Shown one piece after another: positions 9,473-18,942 of a stretch of DNA of 64,000 nucleotides. Positions within the stretch are counted from its first letter, which is position 1; each line of letters opens with the position of its first letter. A program made the position numbers and the translations under genes. The DNA comes from an uncultured Bdellovibrionales bacterium. Its GTDB lineage: Bacteria > Bdellovibrionota > Bdellovibrionia > Bdellovibrionales > UBA1609. The stretch covers positions 9,709 to 73,708 of the forward strand of contig CALLBC010000007.1 in NCBI GenBank assembly GCA_938001965.1, written 5' to 3'. Below the pieces are notes generated by a model, which searched no databases, was not told where the DNA came from, and was given only the letters and a program-made list of their open reading frames with translations.

Positions 9473-11032
9473 CTAATTAAAACCTAATATTTTTTTAGAC
9501 TCTTCCGAAGTCACAAGGTTAATTGCTTCTATCTTAATATTACCCTTTATCATCCCCTGAGCTTCCATTATAGAAAAATATATGTCACTAGCATGTGAAC
9601 TAGTTATGACTTTAAAGTCTCCTAATTGCCCCACTTCTTTTGCTAACCGATAATGAAAATAATTTTTTAATTCATTTTCAAATGATAATAACTGCTGCTG
9701 CTCAGAACTTGACTCCACAAGTACTGAATAAAATGGCTTACTATCATCATTAAAGTTACAGGCAAGTAAACTTATAATTGTATATTCAGATGACTGATCA
9801 TTAAATTTTCGAATCAGCTCTGCTATAGAATTTTGCTCAAGTTTTTCACCAACTAAATCCATATGTCCAGCCCGACCCTGAAAAGTTAAACAAGGCACAT
9901 TATTCCACATTTTATCCACCAAGAGTACATCTTTAATTAAGTATCTCAAGAAGCCTGAGCCAGTGCTTAAAATTGGCATGACCCTCATCCCGGCCTTTAA
10001 TTTCCAACTTGGTATGACTTCATCATTTTCAAGATTCTTAAACTCATAAAAGTGTGATCGATACGCTAAAAGGAAATTACCTTCAAAAGGAATAGTTACA
10101 ACAGCCTCTGTAGACCAAAGCCCTTTACCTTGAAATTGTGTATTTGGAAAAATATTTTTTAATTGTTCAAATGAATTTATCGCTAAGCCCGTATCCCAAC
10201 AACTAATCAAACTTAACTTAGGCCATAGCTCTGACCATATTTTTGCCTGATTTTCTTTTGTCAATTTTTGCAATATCTTTGCTGCTTTAATATTTTTAGG
10301 AGCTTTTAGGTTTTTACTATTAACTGGACTATCCTGCCAGCTACCTGTTTCTAATACATTAATTATTTCACTTTTATAATTAAAAATATTATCTACAATT
10401 GATATAAGAAAACTAGGACTCCAAACTGATATTAAAGATAAGTTTTTATCCGAGACCAAAAATGTTGCTGTTGCAAAAAATGAAAGCTCTGAACTTTCTA
10501 GCAGGGCAACACCTTTTGGAACACTAAATATTTTATTGATTATAAGTTTTTTCCAAAATGAAAACAGTTCACCATCATCTACCATACCCATAACTTTTCT
10601 ATCTTTCGTTGGGATCCAAGACAGTGACCAATAGTGTGAACCCTTCATGACTTGAGGGAAGTTTAAGAATAAGTTATACATCCAGGCTGAAGCTGCTTTA
10701 TCAAATTCATCTAAAAGTTCTGGCGTATAAGGTATCCATTTCTGTTTACCACTTGAACCACTTGTGGGCTGATACCTGTTAACATTTTTACAAACTAATG
10801 GCTCACCAAATTCTTTTTGTCGATCAATTTTATTTCGCCAGTCATCATATGTTGTTACTTTATAAGATTGAGTAAAACTCTCATATTCCATAGATTCCTT
10901 ACCTAATGCTCGTAGTAAATTATGTAACTGTTTTTTTTGCACTTCCTCGAGGTTATGTAAATTAGTATTGAATTTTTTATAGCTCCTATAATTCAATAAC
11001 TTGTATATATTATTTAAAAGCCAATAAATCAT
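9473..11032 (-). CDS. GH3-family acyl-acid amido synthetase (adenylate-forming)
   Basis: 519 aa. ANL/GH3 phosphate-binding motif QPTSGSSGKQKWIPYT. Length and overall layout match bacterial 'GH3 auxin-responsive promoter' family proteins. The start overlaps the upstream stop (TAATG at 11030-11034). Confidence 0.75.
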   Translation of the reverse strand: MIYWLLNNIYKLLNYRSYKKFNTNLHNLEEVQKKQLHNLLRALGKESMEYESFTQSYKVTTYDDWRNKIDRQKEFGEPLVCKNVNRYQPTSGSSGKQKWIPYTPELLDEFDKAASAWMYNLFLNFPQVMKGSHYWSLSWIPTKDRKVMGMVDDGELFSFWKKLIINKIFSVPKGVALLESSELSFFATATFLVSDKNLSLISVWSPSFLISIVDNIFNYKSEIINVLETGSWQDSPVNSKNLKAPKNIKAAKILQKLTKENQAKIWSELWPKLSLISCWDTGLAINSFEQLKNIFPNTQFQGKGLWSTEAVVTIPFEGNFLLAYRSHFYEFKNLENDEVIPSWKLKAGMRVMPILSTGSGFLRYLIKDVLLVDKMWNNVPCLTFQGRAGHMDLVGEKLEQNSIAELIRKFNDQSSEYTIISLLACNFNDDSKPFYSVLVESSSEQQQLLSFENELKNYFHYRLAKEVGQLGDFKVITSSHASDIYFSIMEAQGMIKGNIKIEAINLVTSEESKKILGFN

Positions 11033-12306
11033 TAACTACTAGCTCCCAGCGAAAGATCACGCTTAAAATATTCTATAAACTTATTTACAATTTCCTCAGA
11101 ATATTCAGGCTTACAATAAGTTAATGTTATTTGGAGGCTGTTACTATATTCAATAACAACAGCACCAAACCCTGGGCTTTTAAAAACAGCAGACATTAAA
11201 GAAATATTTTTTGTTTTTAATTGCGGTGGCAATATGGCATCATCTACCTTCAGGTAAGAAACCATCATTGATGAGTTAAAACTTTTAATTTTACTAGTCT
11301 TTGCTTCAAACATTCGCTTAAGTGTTTTCAGGCTAAAAATCGAGTTCAAACCAAATAGTATTTTTTGAGAATACTCAAGGAACTCTTTATTAATTGTAGA
11401 TCTTAAAGCTTTATTTAAAAACTTAATGGATGTTTTATCTTCAAAACTAGATGCTGGGACTTCTAGCCTAGTTAGTGTTACTAAATTTCCTATATATAAC
11501 TTTAACTTAAAAATAGGTCTTAAATTAATGGGCATAGCTAGCACTATGTTTTTATTACAACTAGGCTTAGTGCTTCTCAGCGACTTGCACATTGAATTCA
11601 CTATATATGCAAATAACGTACACTTATTAATCTTAGCTTCAGCTTTTAATTTACAATAATCTTCTTTTATGATTTCAATATTTACTGTGCCGTATTCTTG
11701 CCTAGACTCATTACTCATATCACCAATATTTAAGCAATCATATTTTCTAGAAAAGGACTTGAGTAAATATTTAAACTTTTTATTAAACAGTAATTTAAAC
11801 ACACACCATTTACTTAAAGTGTATTCAGCAAGTGATGGTCTTAAATATTTAATATTAGAAGGCTCATTATTTAAATATATATATAGTAATTCTTTAAGTA
11901 AAAATGCTTGGGAGATGCCATCCACCAACGTATGATGAATATAAAAATATAATTTTGAGCTCTTAGGCATATTTACTAAAATAAATTTAAAAGCCGGTTT
12001 TTTTGATAATTCAAATTTATCAATAAAGGTAGTCTTAACTTCTCTTTCCGAATTATAAACCTCAAATACTTCACTAAGCTTGACAGAATTTAAACTCATG
12101 CGCTGAACTTTCTTTTGTGAAACAATTTTTGATTTTAAAAAAGGGAACCTCTCAATAAGTTTTAAAATACTCTCGCCGAACTTAGACTCATTAATTTTAG
12201 CTTGAAACTCTAAACTCAACCCGCAATTAAAGGCAAAGGAAGAGGATTCATGAGCGTAAATTATTTTTTCAATAGGATTAAAATTTACGTCAAAGGCGTT
12301 ATTCAT
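11032..12306 (-). CDS. Free-standing condensation-domain superfamily acyltransferase (HHxxxDG)
   Basis: 424 aa. Catalytic motif HHTLVDGIS sits at about residue 125, the position expected for NRPS C / PapA5 / WS-DGAT-type enzymes. No adjacent A or T domain. TAATG overlap with the P450 stop (12304-12308). Confidence 0.7.
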   Translation of the reverse strand: MNNAFDVNFNPIEKIIYAHESSSFAFNCGLSLEFQAKINESKFGESILKLIERFPFLKSKIVSQKKVQRMSLNSVKLSEVFEVYNSEREVKTTFIDKFELSKKPAFKFILVNMPKSSKLYFYIHHTLVDGISQAFLLKELLYIYLNNEPSNIKYLRPSLAEYTLSKWCVFKLLFNKKFKYLLKSFSRKYDCLNIGDMSNESRQEYGTVNIEIIKEDYCKLKAEAKINKCTLFAYIVNSMCKSLRSTKPSCNKNIVLAMPINLRPIFKLKLYIGNLVTLTRLEVPASSFEDKTSIKFLNKALRSTINKEFLEYSQKILFGLNSIFSLKTLKRMFEAKTSKIKSFNSSMMVSYLKVDDAILPPQLKTKNISLMSAVFKSPGFGAVVIEYSNSLQITLTYCKPEYSEEIVNKFIEYFKRDLSLGASS

Positions 12307-13601
12307 TATTCTTCCCTAGCAGAGAAATTGACGTAGTATTTTTCTTTAGGAGCTAAAGTAATACCAGCTTTAACACTTACCTCCTTGTTTTCCACAGGAG
12401 TAATATCAATTTTTTTAAATAACTCTTTTAGAATTATAGCTAATTCTAAATTCGCCATTCCCTTGCCAATACAGGTATTTTTGCCTCCACCAAATGGTAT
12501 AAAAGCAAATCGATTGATATTTTTATCTAAAAAACGGTTCGGCTTGAATACAGCAGGCTCTGTCCAAAACTCTTTATTTCTTTGGACAAGATAAATACTA
12601 GCCCACACAGTTGTACCTTTTGGCACGAAGTAATCACCCACTTGAGTATCTTTAGCACATAATCTTGAACGAAACCATGCTGGAGGGTAAAGTCTCATAG
12701 ACTCTTTAATAACATTATTAATACTTTTATAATTTGATAAATCTTTTAGTGTTTTAATTATCAAATTTGAATTAGAGGCTTCCTTGTAAATTTCATTTTT
12801 AATATTTTCATTTCTAGAAAGTAAATAAAGAGACCAAAACAAACAGTTTGCTGTAGTTTCAAAAGAAGCTACAAAAAATGTGAGTGCTTCATTTACTAGC
12901 TCCTCAGGAGTTGCCAAAGGATCCTTTTCCATAAAAGACATAAAGCTGGTTTTGTTTTGTTTTTTTGACTCAACAATAATTTCATTAATGTGATCAAATA
13001 ATTGTTTTTTTATTTTATGAAATTTTTTATGACTCTTTAAGGGCAACCATAGAGGCCACTTTATTAGTTGAGCCGGCCTTGAACGCACAAAATCTATCAT
13101 CTCATCAACTAGCGGAGACAAGTCAGGGAGTAGTTTTATCTCGTCCATACCGTAAATAACTTTAATTACCAGTGAGTACATTATTTTCACACTAAAAGCG
13201 TGCAAATCAACTTTACCGCTATAGTCTTTCAACTGCTTAACTATTATTTTTTCCATATCTGGAATTAAGCTATTAATATTGTCTCTAGTGAAGTAAGTTT
13301 GAGCGTACTTTCTTTGACGCTTCCATGTTTCTCCTTCAGAGGTAAGAACTGTCTCCCCTAGAACAATGCGTGGCCCCCTTTCTTTAACCATAACTTCATC
13401 ATTAAGTGTAAATAAACTTTTTATTTCCCTTGGTTCTGAAAAAATGAATATTGACTTAGGCCCAGCTTTTACACGAAATGTATTGCCATACTTATTTTGA
13501 CATTCAGTTATAAAGTTTAATGGAGCATTTAAAAACTCTTTTGCAGAGCCAAACAAGAGGCTATTAGATGGAACTAATGGTGGTAGTTTTTTATTATTCA
13601 T
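12306..13601 (-). CDS. Cytochrome P450
   Basis: 431 aa. Heme-thiolate loop FIPFGGGKNTCIGKGMA, I-helix FFVASFETTAN, K-helix ESMRLYPP (ExxR). Confidence 0.9.
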   Translation of the reverse strand: MNNKKLPPLVPSNSLLFGSAKEFLNAPLNFITECQNKYGNTFRVKAGPKSIFIFSEPREIKSLFTLNDEVMVKERGPRIVLGETVLTSEGETWKRQRKYAQTYFTRDNINSLIPDMEKIIVKQLKDYSGKVDLHAFSVKIMYSLVIKVIYGMDEIKLLPDLSPLVDEMIDFVRSRPAQLIKWPLWLPLKSHKKFHKIKKQLFDHINEIIVESKKQNKTSFMSFMEKDPLATPEELVNEALTFFVASFETTANCLFWSLYLLSRNENIKNEIYKEASNSNLIIKTLKDLSNYKSINNVIKESMRLYPPAWFRSRLCAKDTQVGDYFVPKGTTVWASIYLVQRNKEFWTEPAVFKPNRFLDKNINRFAFIPFGGGKNTCIGKGMANLELAIILKELFKKIDITPVENKEVSVKAGITLAPKEKYYVNFSAREE

Positions 13602-14518
13602 TCAGTGTACACCTTATAGCCAGGCATTGAATGAACCTTTTTAACCCACTTCAACCAATGCTCTTTACTGCCAATATTATAACTATCTTCATTAATTTTG
13701 TGCAAATGATAATGTGAGATATACGGAAGTATATGATGTAAATTATGTTTGTCAAAATTAAGTAATACATGACGGCCAATAAATTTTGCTAATATTAGAT
13801 CTTTTGTTACACGCTTATGGTCCCACACAGCTAAAGGAAATTCCTTTTTGTCAATTTTGTTACAATCCAATAAGTTATGTTGACTGATAATAAGAAAGTC
13901 TGAAGTAAATAAATACAAAAAAAATGGTAATAAAAACAACTTAAAATATATTGATTCTAAAAAGATTAATAGCAACAAATGACTACTTACCAAAAATACA
14001 AAAGATAAACTGATTGTTGGCTTTTTATTTTTATTGATCTTAGGTTTCACCGTTTTTAATAACACTACTAAAAAACTAAATATTGGAATATGTAACTTCC
14101 AACAAAAATTTAATATTTTAATATTCATTGAGCTTATCTGATCAGACCTTGGAAAATTTAAGGAAGGATCTCTATCTCTATCTCCCACCCATATATGATG
14201 ATCTAAATGACTTTGTTTCCAATCCTGAAATGAAAGAAGGCTCAATACAGAGCATAAATGCCCAACTAAAAGGTTCAATTTTTTATTTTTAAAAAATGTA
14301 TCATGAGCACAAGAGTGTAAGGTGCTGAACTGTCTCCAGACACATACAAAGATCAATAACTGGCCCACAAACCATGTGATTAAACTTTCACTATGGCTTA
14401 AATAAAGACCTAAACCAATAAGCATTAACTCTAGGAATAATTGCCTAATCGCATTTAAATTATTAATTTTTAAATTCCTGGTCTCTTGCTTTAATTTTAA
14501 ATATTGCTTTTTATCCAA
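13598..14518 (-). CDS. Membrane fatty-acid desaturase/hydroxylase family protein (three His boxes)
   Basis: 306 aa. His boxes HSCAHD, HLDHH and HNLHH are separated by hydrophobic helices. Probable TTG start 3 nt after the Rieske stop, with GGAG upstream. ATGA overlap with the P450 start (13598-13601). Confidence 0.8.
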   Translation of the reverse strand: MDKKQYLKLKQETRNLKINNLNAIRQLFLELMLIGLGLYLSHSESLITWFVGQLLIFVCVWRQFSTLHSCAHDTFFKNKKLNLLVGHLCSVLSLLSFQDWKQSHLDHHIWVGDRDRDPSLNFPRSDQISSMNIKILNFCWKLHIPIFSFLVVLLKTVKPKINKNKKPTISLSFVFLVSSHLLLLIFLESIYFKLFLLPFFLYLFTSDFLIISQHNLLDCNKIDKKEFPLAVWDHKRVTKDLILAKFIGRHVLLNFDKHNLHHILPYISHYHLHKINEDSYNIGSKEHWLKWVKKVHSMPGYKVYTE

Positions 14519-14521
14519 ATC

Positions 14522-15538
14522 TTAGAGCTCCATAAAGAATCTAAATTCTTTCCCTTCGTATTTTTCACGAGATAAAGACAAACTATGCTCATATAGCCTT
14601 ATCACTTCACTTATAGCTTTATCAGTTACAAAGAATACAGAAGCTGGATAATTATATTCTTCCAATTGCTGGGCTTGATTTTCAAGTATAACAATATCTT
14701 GATCTAGTATTTTTTTCGTATATTGTTTTAATATTAACTTCAAAAGTGGACCACCAAAGCCTCCCTTAAAACTTATAAATGTATGTACTTTAGATAATAA
14801 TTTAGAAATTGGCGTAATTACTGAGACAGTTGTTACCTCCAAAGATCCAATTGTATAAATAACCTTAACGTTATACGGTGCTATATACTCATCAATATGG
14901 GTTATAGGTTTGTTTTTTGGGTTTAAAAATTTATTTAAAGCTGATTCACTAGAGTTTTCACCAATGGTCTCTATTTTCACTGAACTCTCATCGCTTTTAA
15001 CTAATACTTCAACTTTTTTATGAGATTTTCCACGAAAAAGACCCTTATGAACGACTCCTGTATGCGCAGTATCAATAAAATTTTCTATAATAGTTAATGC
15101 TGGAGCTTTAATTTCATACTTAAAAGTCAGATTATTTTTACTTTGCTCATCATATAAAAAATAGTTTGGAGTATCATGATCATTATTTGATAAATTAACC
15201 CAAATATAATCATATTTATCGATGTGATGCTTATAAGACTTAACTTTTCTTCTAGGTAAGCGATCTCCCTCTGGAACAGAAGGCACCTTAACACATGCTC
15301 CAGAAATATCAAAACTAGCACCATGGTATGGACAAACTAAGCAGTCATTCTTAACCCAACCTTGAGACAGGCTCACATGGCGATGGATGCACTTATCTTG
15401 TAATATTGATATTTTATTCGCTTTATTTTTAAATATAACAAGCTTAGTGTCTGCAATGGTCAGTCCAACTGGTTTATTTTTAATTTCTCTAGCTGCACAG
15501 ACTAACATCCAGCCAGAGTCTTTATTAACAGAGTACAT
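14522..15538 (-). CDS. Rieske [2Fe-2S] non-heme iron oxygenase (PaO/KshA-like alpha subunit type)
   Basis: 338 aa. Rieske motif CIHRH...CPYHG. Mononuclear iron motif ENFIDTAHTGVVH (D-x2-H-x4-H). Confidence 0.85.
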   Translation of the reverse strand: MYSVNKDSGWMLVCAAREIKNKPVGLTIADTKLVIFKNKANKISILQDKCIHRHVSLSQGWVKNDCLVCPYHGASFDISGACVKVPSVPEGDRLPRRKVKSYKHHIDKYDYIWVNLSNNDHDTPNYFLYDEQSKNNLTFKYEIKAPALTIIENFIDTAHTGVVHKGLFRGKSHKKVEVLVKSDESSVKIETIGENSSESALNKFLNPKNKPITHIDEYIAPYNVKVIYTIGSLEVTTVSVITPISKLLSKVHTFISFKGGFGGPLLKLILKQYTKKILDQDIVILENQAQQLEEYNYPASVFFVTDKAISEVIRLYEHSLSLSREKYEGKEFRFFMEL

Positions 15539-15557
15539 ATATTTCCAATTAAGTTAT

Positions 15558-16337
15558 TTAAGCTCTCTTAGAAAATAATACCTTTAATTTTGTCTTTCTA
15601 GTAACATTTTTTATGATCCTTCTAAAAATCAAGTCCAAAGTGAACTCACCAATACAAACTAGCTCATCACCACTTCTCCAATTAGGATTTTTTTCTTGAA
15701 AAAACGCAATTTTTTTATTCTTCTTTAAAAGGCCTTCAGTAATTTCACATAAGCCTGCTTTTAAACAGTCTTTTTCAGCACTGGAATCAGTTGGAAACTC
15801 AATACACCCTGTAGATCTATTATAATTACTAGAATATAAGTACTCTCCACAGCTATCAATAATATTTTTAATCTCAGCAGGTGTATTTTTGAAAGGGTGC
15901 GGATAATAATTAACAAAGTTATTCGCTAATAATAAATAAGTTTTATAACCTTTTGAAATCAAATTCCAATAAATCTTCGTAAAAGGACTTTTCAACTTCT
16001 GCTTAAGTAAGTATTTTGAAAATTCAGACCCTAAATTATTATTACCCCAATATCTCTTATCTACAATAGTGTCACCACTAAATATAAATTTAGCTTTAAA
16101 TTGAGCTAAGGAAAATACTTTAGCTGTGCTGAAACCAACGATTTCGTCTGTTAAAATATCAATTATTAAAAAAACAAAAGATTTATCATTTAAGTCTGTT
16201 ATGAACTGATTGTAATTCACATTAGAATAGTATGACTGAAAAAGTCCCCACATATCAGCTATATGTGACTCACTGAGTTTAGATATGGGCACAGTTGTAT
16301 TTCTTGTTTTCATTGAAATTATTCCATAAATTGTCAT
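15558..16337 (-). CDS. Hypothetical protein, first gene of the operon; possibly a GNAT-fold acyltransferase
   Basis: 259 aa, no signal peptide. The functional guess rests only on a loose GNAT-like pattern (..IVGFSTAKV...FIFSGDTIVDKRYWGNN..G). No catalytic motif recognised with confidence. Confidence 0.4.
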   Translation of the reverse strand: MTIYGIISMKTRNTTVPISKLSESHIADMWGLFQSYYSNVNYNQFITDLNDKSFVFLIIDILTDEIVGFSTAKVFSLAQFKAKFIFSGDTIVDKRYWGNNNLGSEFSKYLLKQKLKSPFTKIYWNLISKGYKTYLLLANNFVNYYPHPFKNTPAEIKNIIDSCGEYLYSSNYNRSTGCIEFPTDSSAEKDCLKAGLCEITEGLLKKNKKIAFFQEKNPNWRSGDELVCIGEFTLDLIFRRIIKNVTRKTKLKVLFSKRA

Positions 16338-16749
16338 TTAGGTAACAAATAAGGTTCCTAAAAATCAATTAGCTAAAACCTCGTTTATAATCAGTTCTTT
16401 CAGAGATAAAAAGAGCAATTATTGTGCCATTAAAATTAAGAAGAAGCTGAACTTAAAGTGCCAGCCCTCATTAATACATTGTAAAGCAATATTGTTATTG
16501 GAAGAGTTGCACTGGAAAATTGAATTCAGATCCGCACCTTCTATAAAAATACTAGTTAATTATTTTGATTAAAACTACACCACCAGACTAAACTTGCTAG
16601 GAAAGCTTCTACCCCAACAATTGATACTTATATTTATTAATAAATTCAAGTGCTTGGCCTGGTTAATGTGTAGGAATTCTTTATTGGGAGTGGCATAAAC
16701 TCATATCTTGATTTACTAAATACCTTATTTCTCATATAATTTTACGGTT

Positions 16750-17409
16750 ATGATCAAGTTGTTAAATTGGACTAAAACTAAGCAAAGTAAAACTATTGAA
16801 CTTTATTCTTCACATGAACTGAATGAGCTTTATAAACCCATTCTCTTTATTGGTGGCATGCATGGCGACGAGCCAGAAGGTGTGGCATTGGCTGAAAACC
16901 TTTTAACATTAATTGAGCAAAAGCATAGCCCAGAGCACTGGGCCCTAATCCCCTGTCTAAATCCAGATGGCTTTACAAATAACTTGCGCACAAATGGAAA
17001 CGGAGTGGACCTTAACAGAAACTTTCCTTCTCCTGACTGGAGTGCAGCTTTTGAAAAAGAAAGATACAACCCTGGCCCATCCCCTTGTTCTGAACCCGAA
17101 ACGAAAGCTTTAACACAACTCATCATAAATATTAAACCTCGTATAATAATTCACTTTCACTCATGGAAACCTTCAATCATCTTAACTGGCCCTGAGAATA
17201 ATGAGGAGGCAAAAATATTAAGTGAAACCTCTGGTTACCCTTTAGAGCTTGATATTGGCTACCCCACACCTGGCAGTCTTGGACAATATGCTTGGCTGTC
17301 TTTAAATATTCCTGTTGTTTGTATTGAGGAAAAAGAGAAGGAATCACCTCAAAACTCATGGCAGAGGTTTCGTCCCGCCTTTGAAAGTATTTTGAATATC
17401 AATCAATAA
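16750..17409 (+). CDS. M14-family zinc carboxypeptidase, MpaA-like (murein peptide amidase type), cytoplasmic
   Basis: 219 aa. Zinc/substrate motifs GGMHGDEPEG (HxxE), DLNRNFP and a later IIHFHSW histidine. No signal peptide. Confidence 0.75.
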   Translation: MIKLLNWTKTKQSKTIELYSSHELNELYKPILFIGGMHGDEPEGVALAENLLTLIEQKHSPEHWALIPCLNPDGFTNNLRTNGNGVDLNRNFPSPDWSAAFEKERYNPGPSPCSEPETKALTQLIINIKPRIIIHFHSWKPSIILTGPENNEEAKILSETSGYPLELDIGYPTPGSLGQYAWLSLNIPVVCIEEKEKESPQNSWQRFRPAFESILNINQ

Positions 17410-17425
17410 AGGCTAATATAAAACT

Positions 17426-18838
17426 ATGAGCGTTTTAAATATTTATTCTGTATTGTCAGACTTGCAGCAAGCACGCAGCATTGGCTCATTAGAAAATCTA
17501 ATTTATCAAAATTTAAAACACCAAATCGGTGTTCTATGTGCAAAAATTACTTTTGAAGACAACGACCCAAGAATTGATAAGTACTCCGGCAGAAAAAGTA
17601 TTGAACTTTTGAGATTAAAATTGGGGTTGGACTATTTTCCTGATGCTAGTTTAAGTGTAGCTAAAGAAAAAAAATTCAGTAAAACTGAACTCAAATTTTT
17701 AGATAAAGTTATTAATACCGTACATATTAACTTAGACCGGCTCATAAAAATTGAACAAACTGAAAATTTAAAACAGCAGTGGGACTCAACTTTTGACGCC
17801 ATCTCTACTCCCCTATGCCTGACAAACGAGAAATTTTCAATTTTAAGAACTAATAAATCTTTTACAGAAAAATTATCTTCTAAACCAACCACAATTGTTG
17901 GCGAAAATGCTTTTCGCTTATTTTTGGGATCACAGGAAATTAGTTTTAAAATGGAAAAGGGACAGAGCCATTTAACTGCTTTAGCTAATAAAGAAATCAA
18001 TAATACGATTTTAAATTACGAGATCCACTGCCAACTCATTTCCCAGCCTCAACAAAGCAATGATTTAAAAAATAAACAATACTTAGTCATGTTTCGCGAC
18101 ATTACTGAACAAAAGAAACTTGAAAAACAAATTTTTGAGTCAGCAAAAATGGCTGAGCTTGGCACTATTGGTAGCAGTATTGCCCACGAGCTCAATAACC
18201 CACTAGCTGGAATGTTATCTTTTATACAAATTATTAAAATGGATTTAAATAAAGAGTCTCCATACTACAGTGATATTAAAGAAATGGAGACAGCCACTTT
18301 AAAATGTAAGGATATAGTTGAAAACCTCTTAGGCTTTTCAAGAAAACATAATCTTGAAGAACAAGAAGAGATAAATTTAACCGAAATTGTAAATCAATCT
18401 ATTAAGATTAATGAGCTTCAAACAAAAGCTAAAGGAATTAAGCTTGAGTTTCCCGAAAATATTGATGAGAACTATTATACTCTTGGCAACAGGAATTTAC
18501 TTACACAAGCCTTAGGTCACCTCATACAAGAGGCTAGTCTAAGTTTACAAGAAAATATGGAAACACACCCAGGCTTTCAGGGTGTCATTAATATTGCATT
18601 ATCTAATAATGATGATGGTCCTGTTCTTAAAATTAACGACAACCGAAAAACAACAGAGAGCTACGATCCTTTTCAAGGCGGCAAGAGCCTTGGCGTAACT
18701 GTTGCCTATAAAATTATGAAAGACCATCAAGTTATCATGGAATTAATTTCCCAGCCTAACATTGGGGTACAGGCAAAATTATCATTCAAACGACCAGATT
18801 TGTTAAACAAGAGACAAGTTTTTGACGGAGAAATTTGA
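17426..18838 (+). CDS. Soluble sensor histidine kinase (PAS + HisKA + HATPase)
   Basis: 470 aa. H-box SIAHELNNPLAGM, C-terminal ATPase region, PAS-like segment (WDSTFDAISTPLCLTN...). No obvious transmembrane helices. Confidence 0.8.
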   Translation: MSVLNIYSVLSDLQQARSIGSLENLIYQNLKHQIGVLCAKITFEDNDPRIDKYSGRKSIELLRLKLGLDYFPDASLSVAKEKKFSKTELKFLDKVINTVHINLDRLIKIEQTENLKQQWDSTFDAISTPLCLTNEKFSILRTNKSFTEKLSSKPTTIVGENAFRLFLGSQEISFKMEKGQSHLTALANKEINNTILNYEIHCQLISQPQQSNDLKNKQYLVMFRDITEQKKLEKQIFESAKMAELGTIGSSIAHELNNPLAGMLSFIQIIKMDLNKESPYYSDIKEMETATLKCKDIVENLLGFSRKHNLEEQEEINLTEIVNQSIKINELQTKAKGIKLEFPENIDENYYTLGNRNLLTQALGHLIQEASLSLQENMETHPGFQGVINIALSNNDDGPVLKINDNRKTTESYDPFQGGKSLGVTVAYKIMKDHQVIMELISQPNIGVQAKLSFKRPDLLNKRQVFDGEI

Positions 18839-18942
18839 CACTTCTGCACACCGTTCTATAACATTATAAATGTAGCAATCCTCTAGAAATAACCATACTA
18901 AAGGCTTTCAGGGGACAAGTAGCAAGACCAAGGATGGTGTAA

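Noticed and set aside
16458-16463. TGGCAC (minus strand) upstream of the lipid operon as a sigma-54 -24 box; likewise TGGCAC at 47151-47156
   Set aside because: Neither has the essential TTGC/GC -12 element at the required spacing (GTTC and TAAG instead), so they are most likely chance hexamers.
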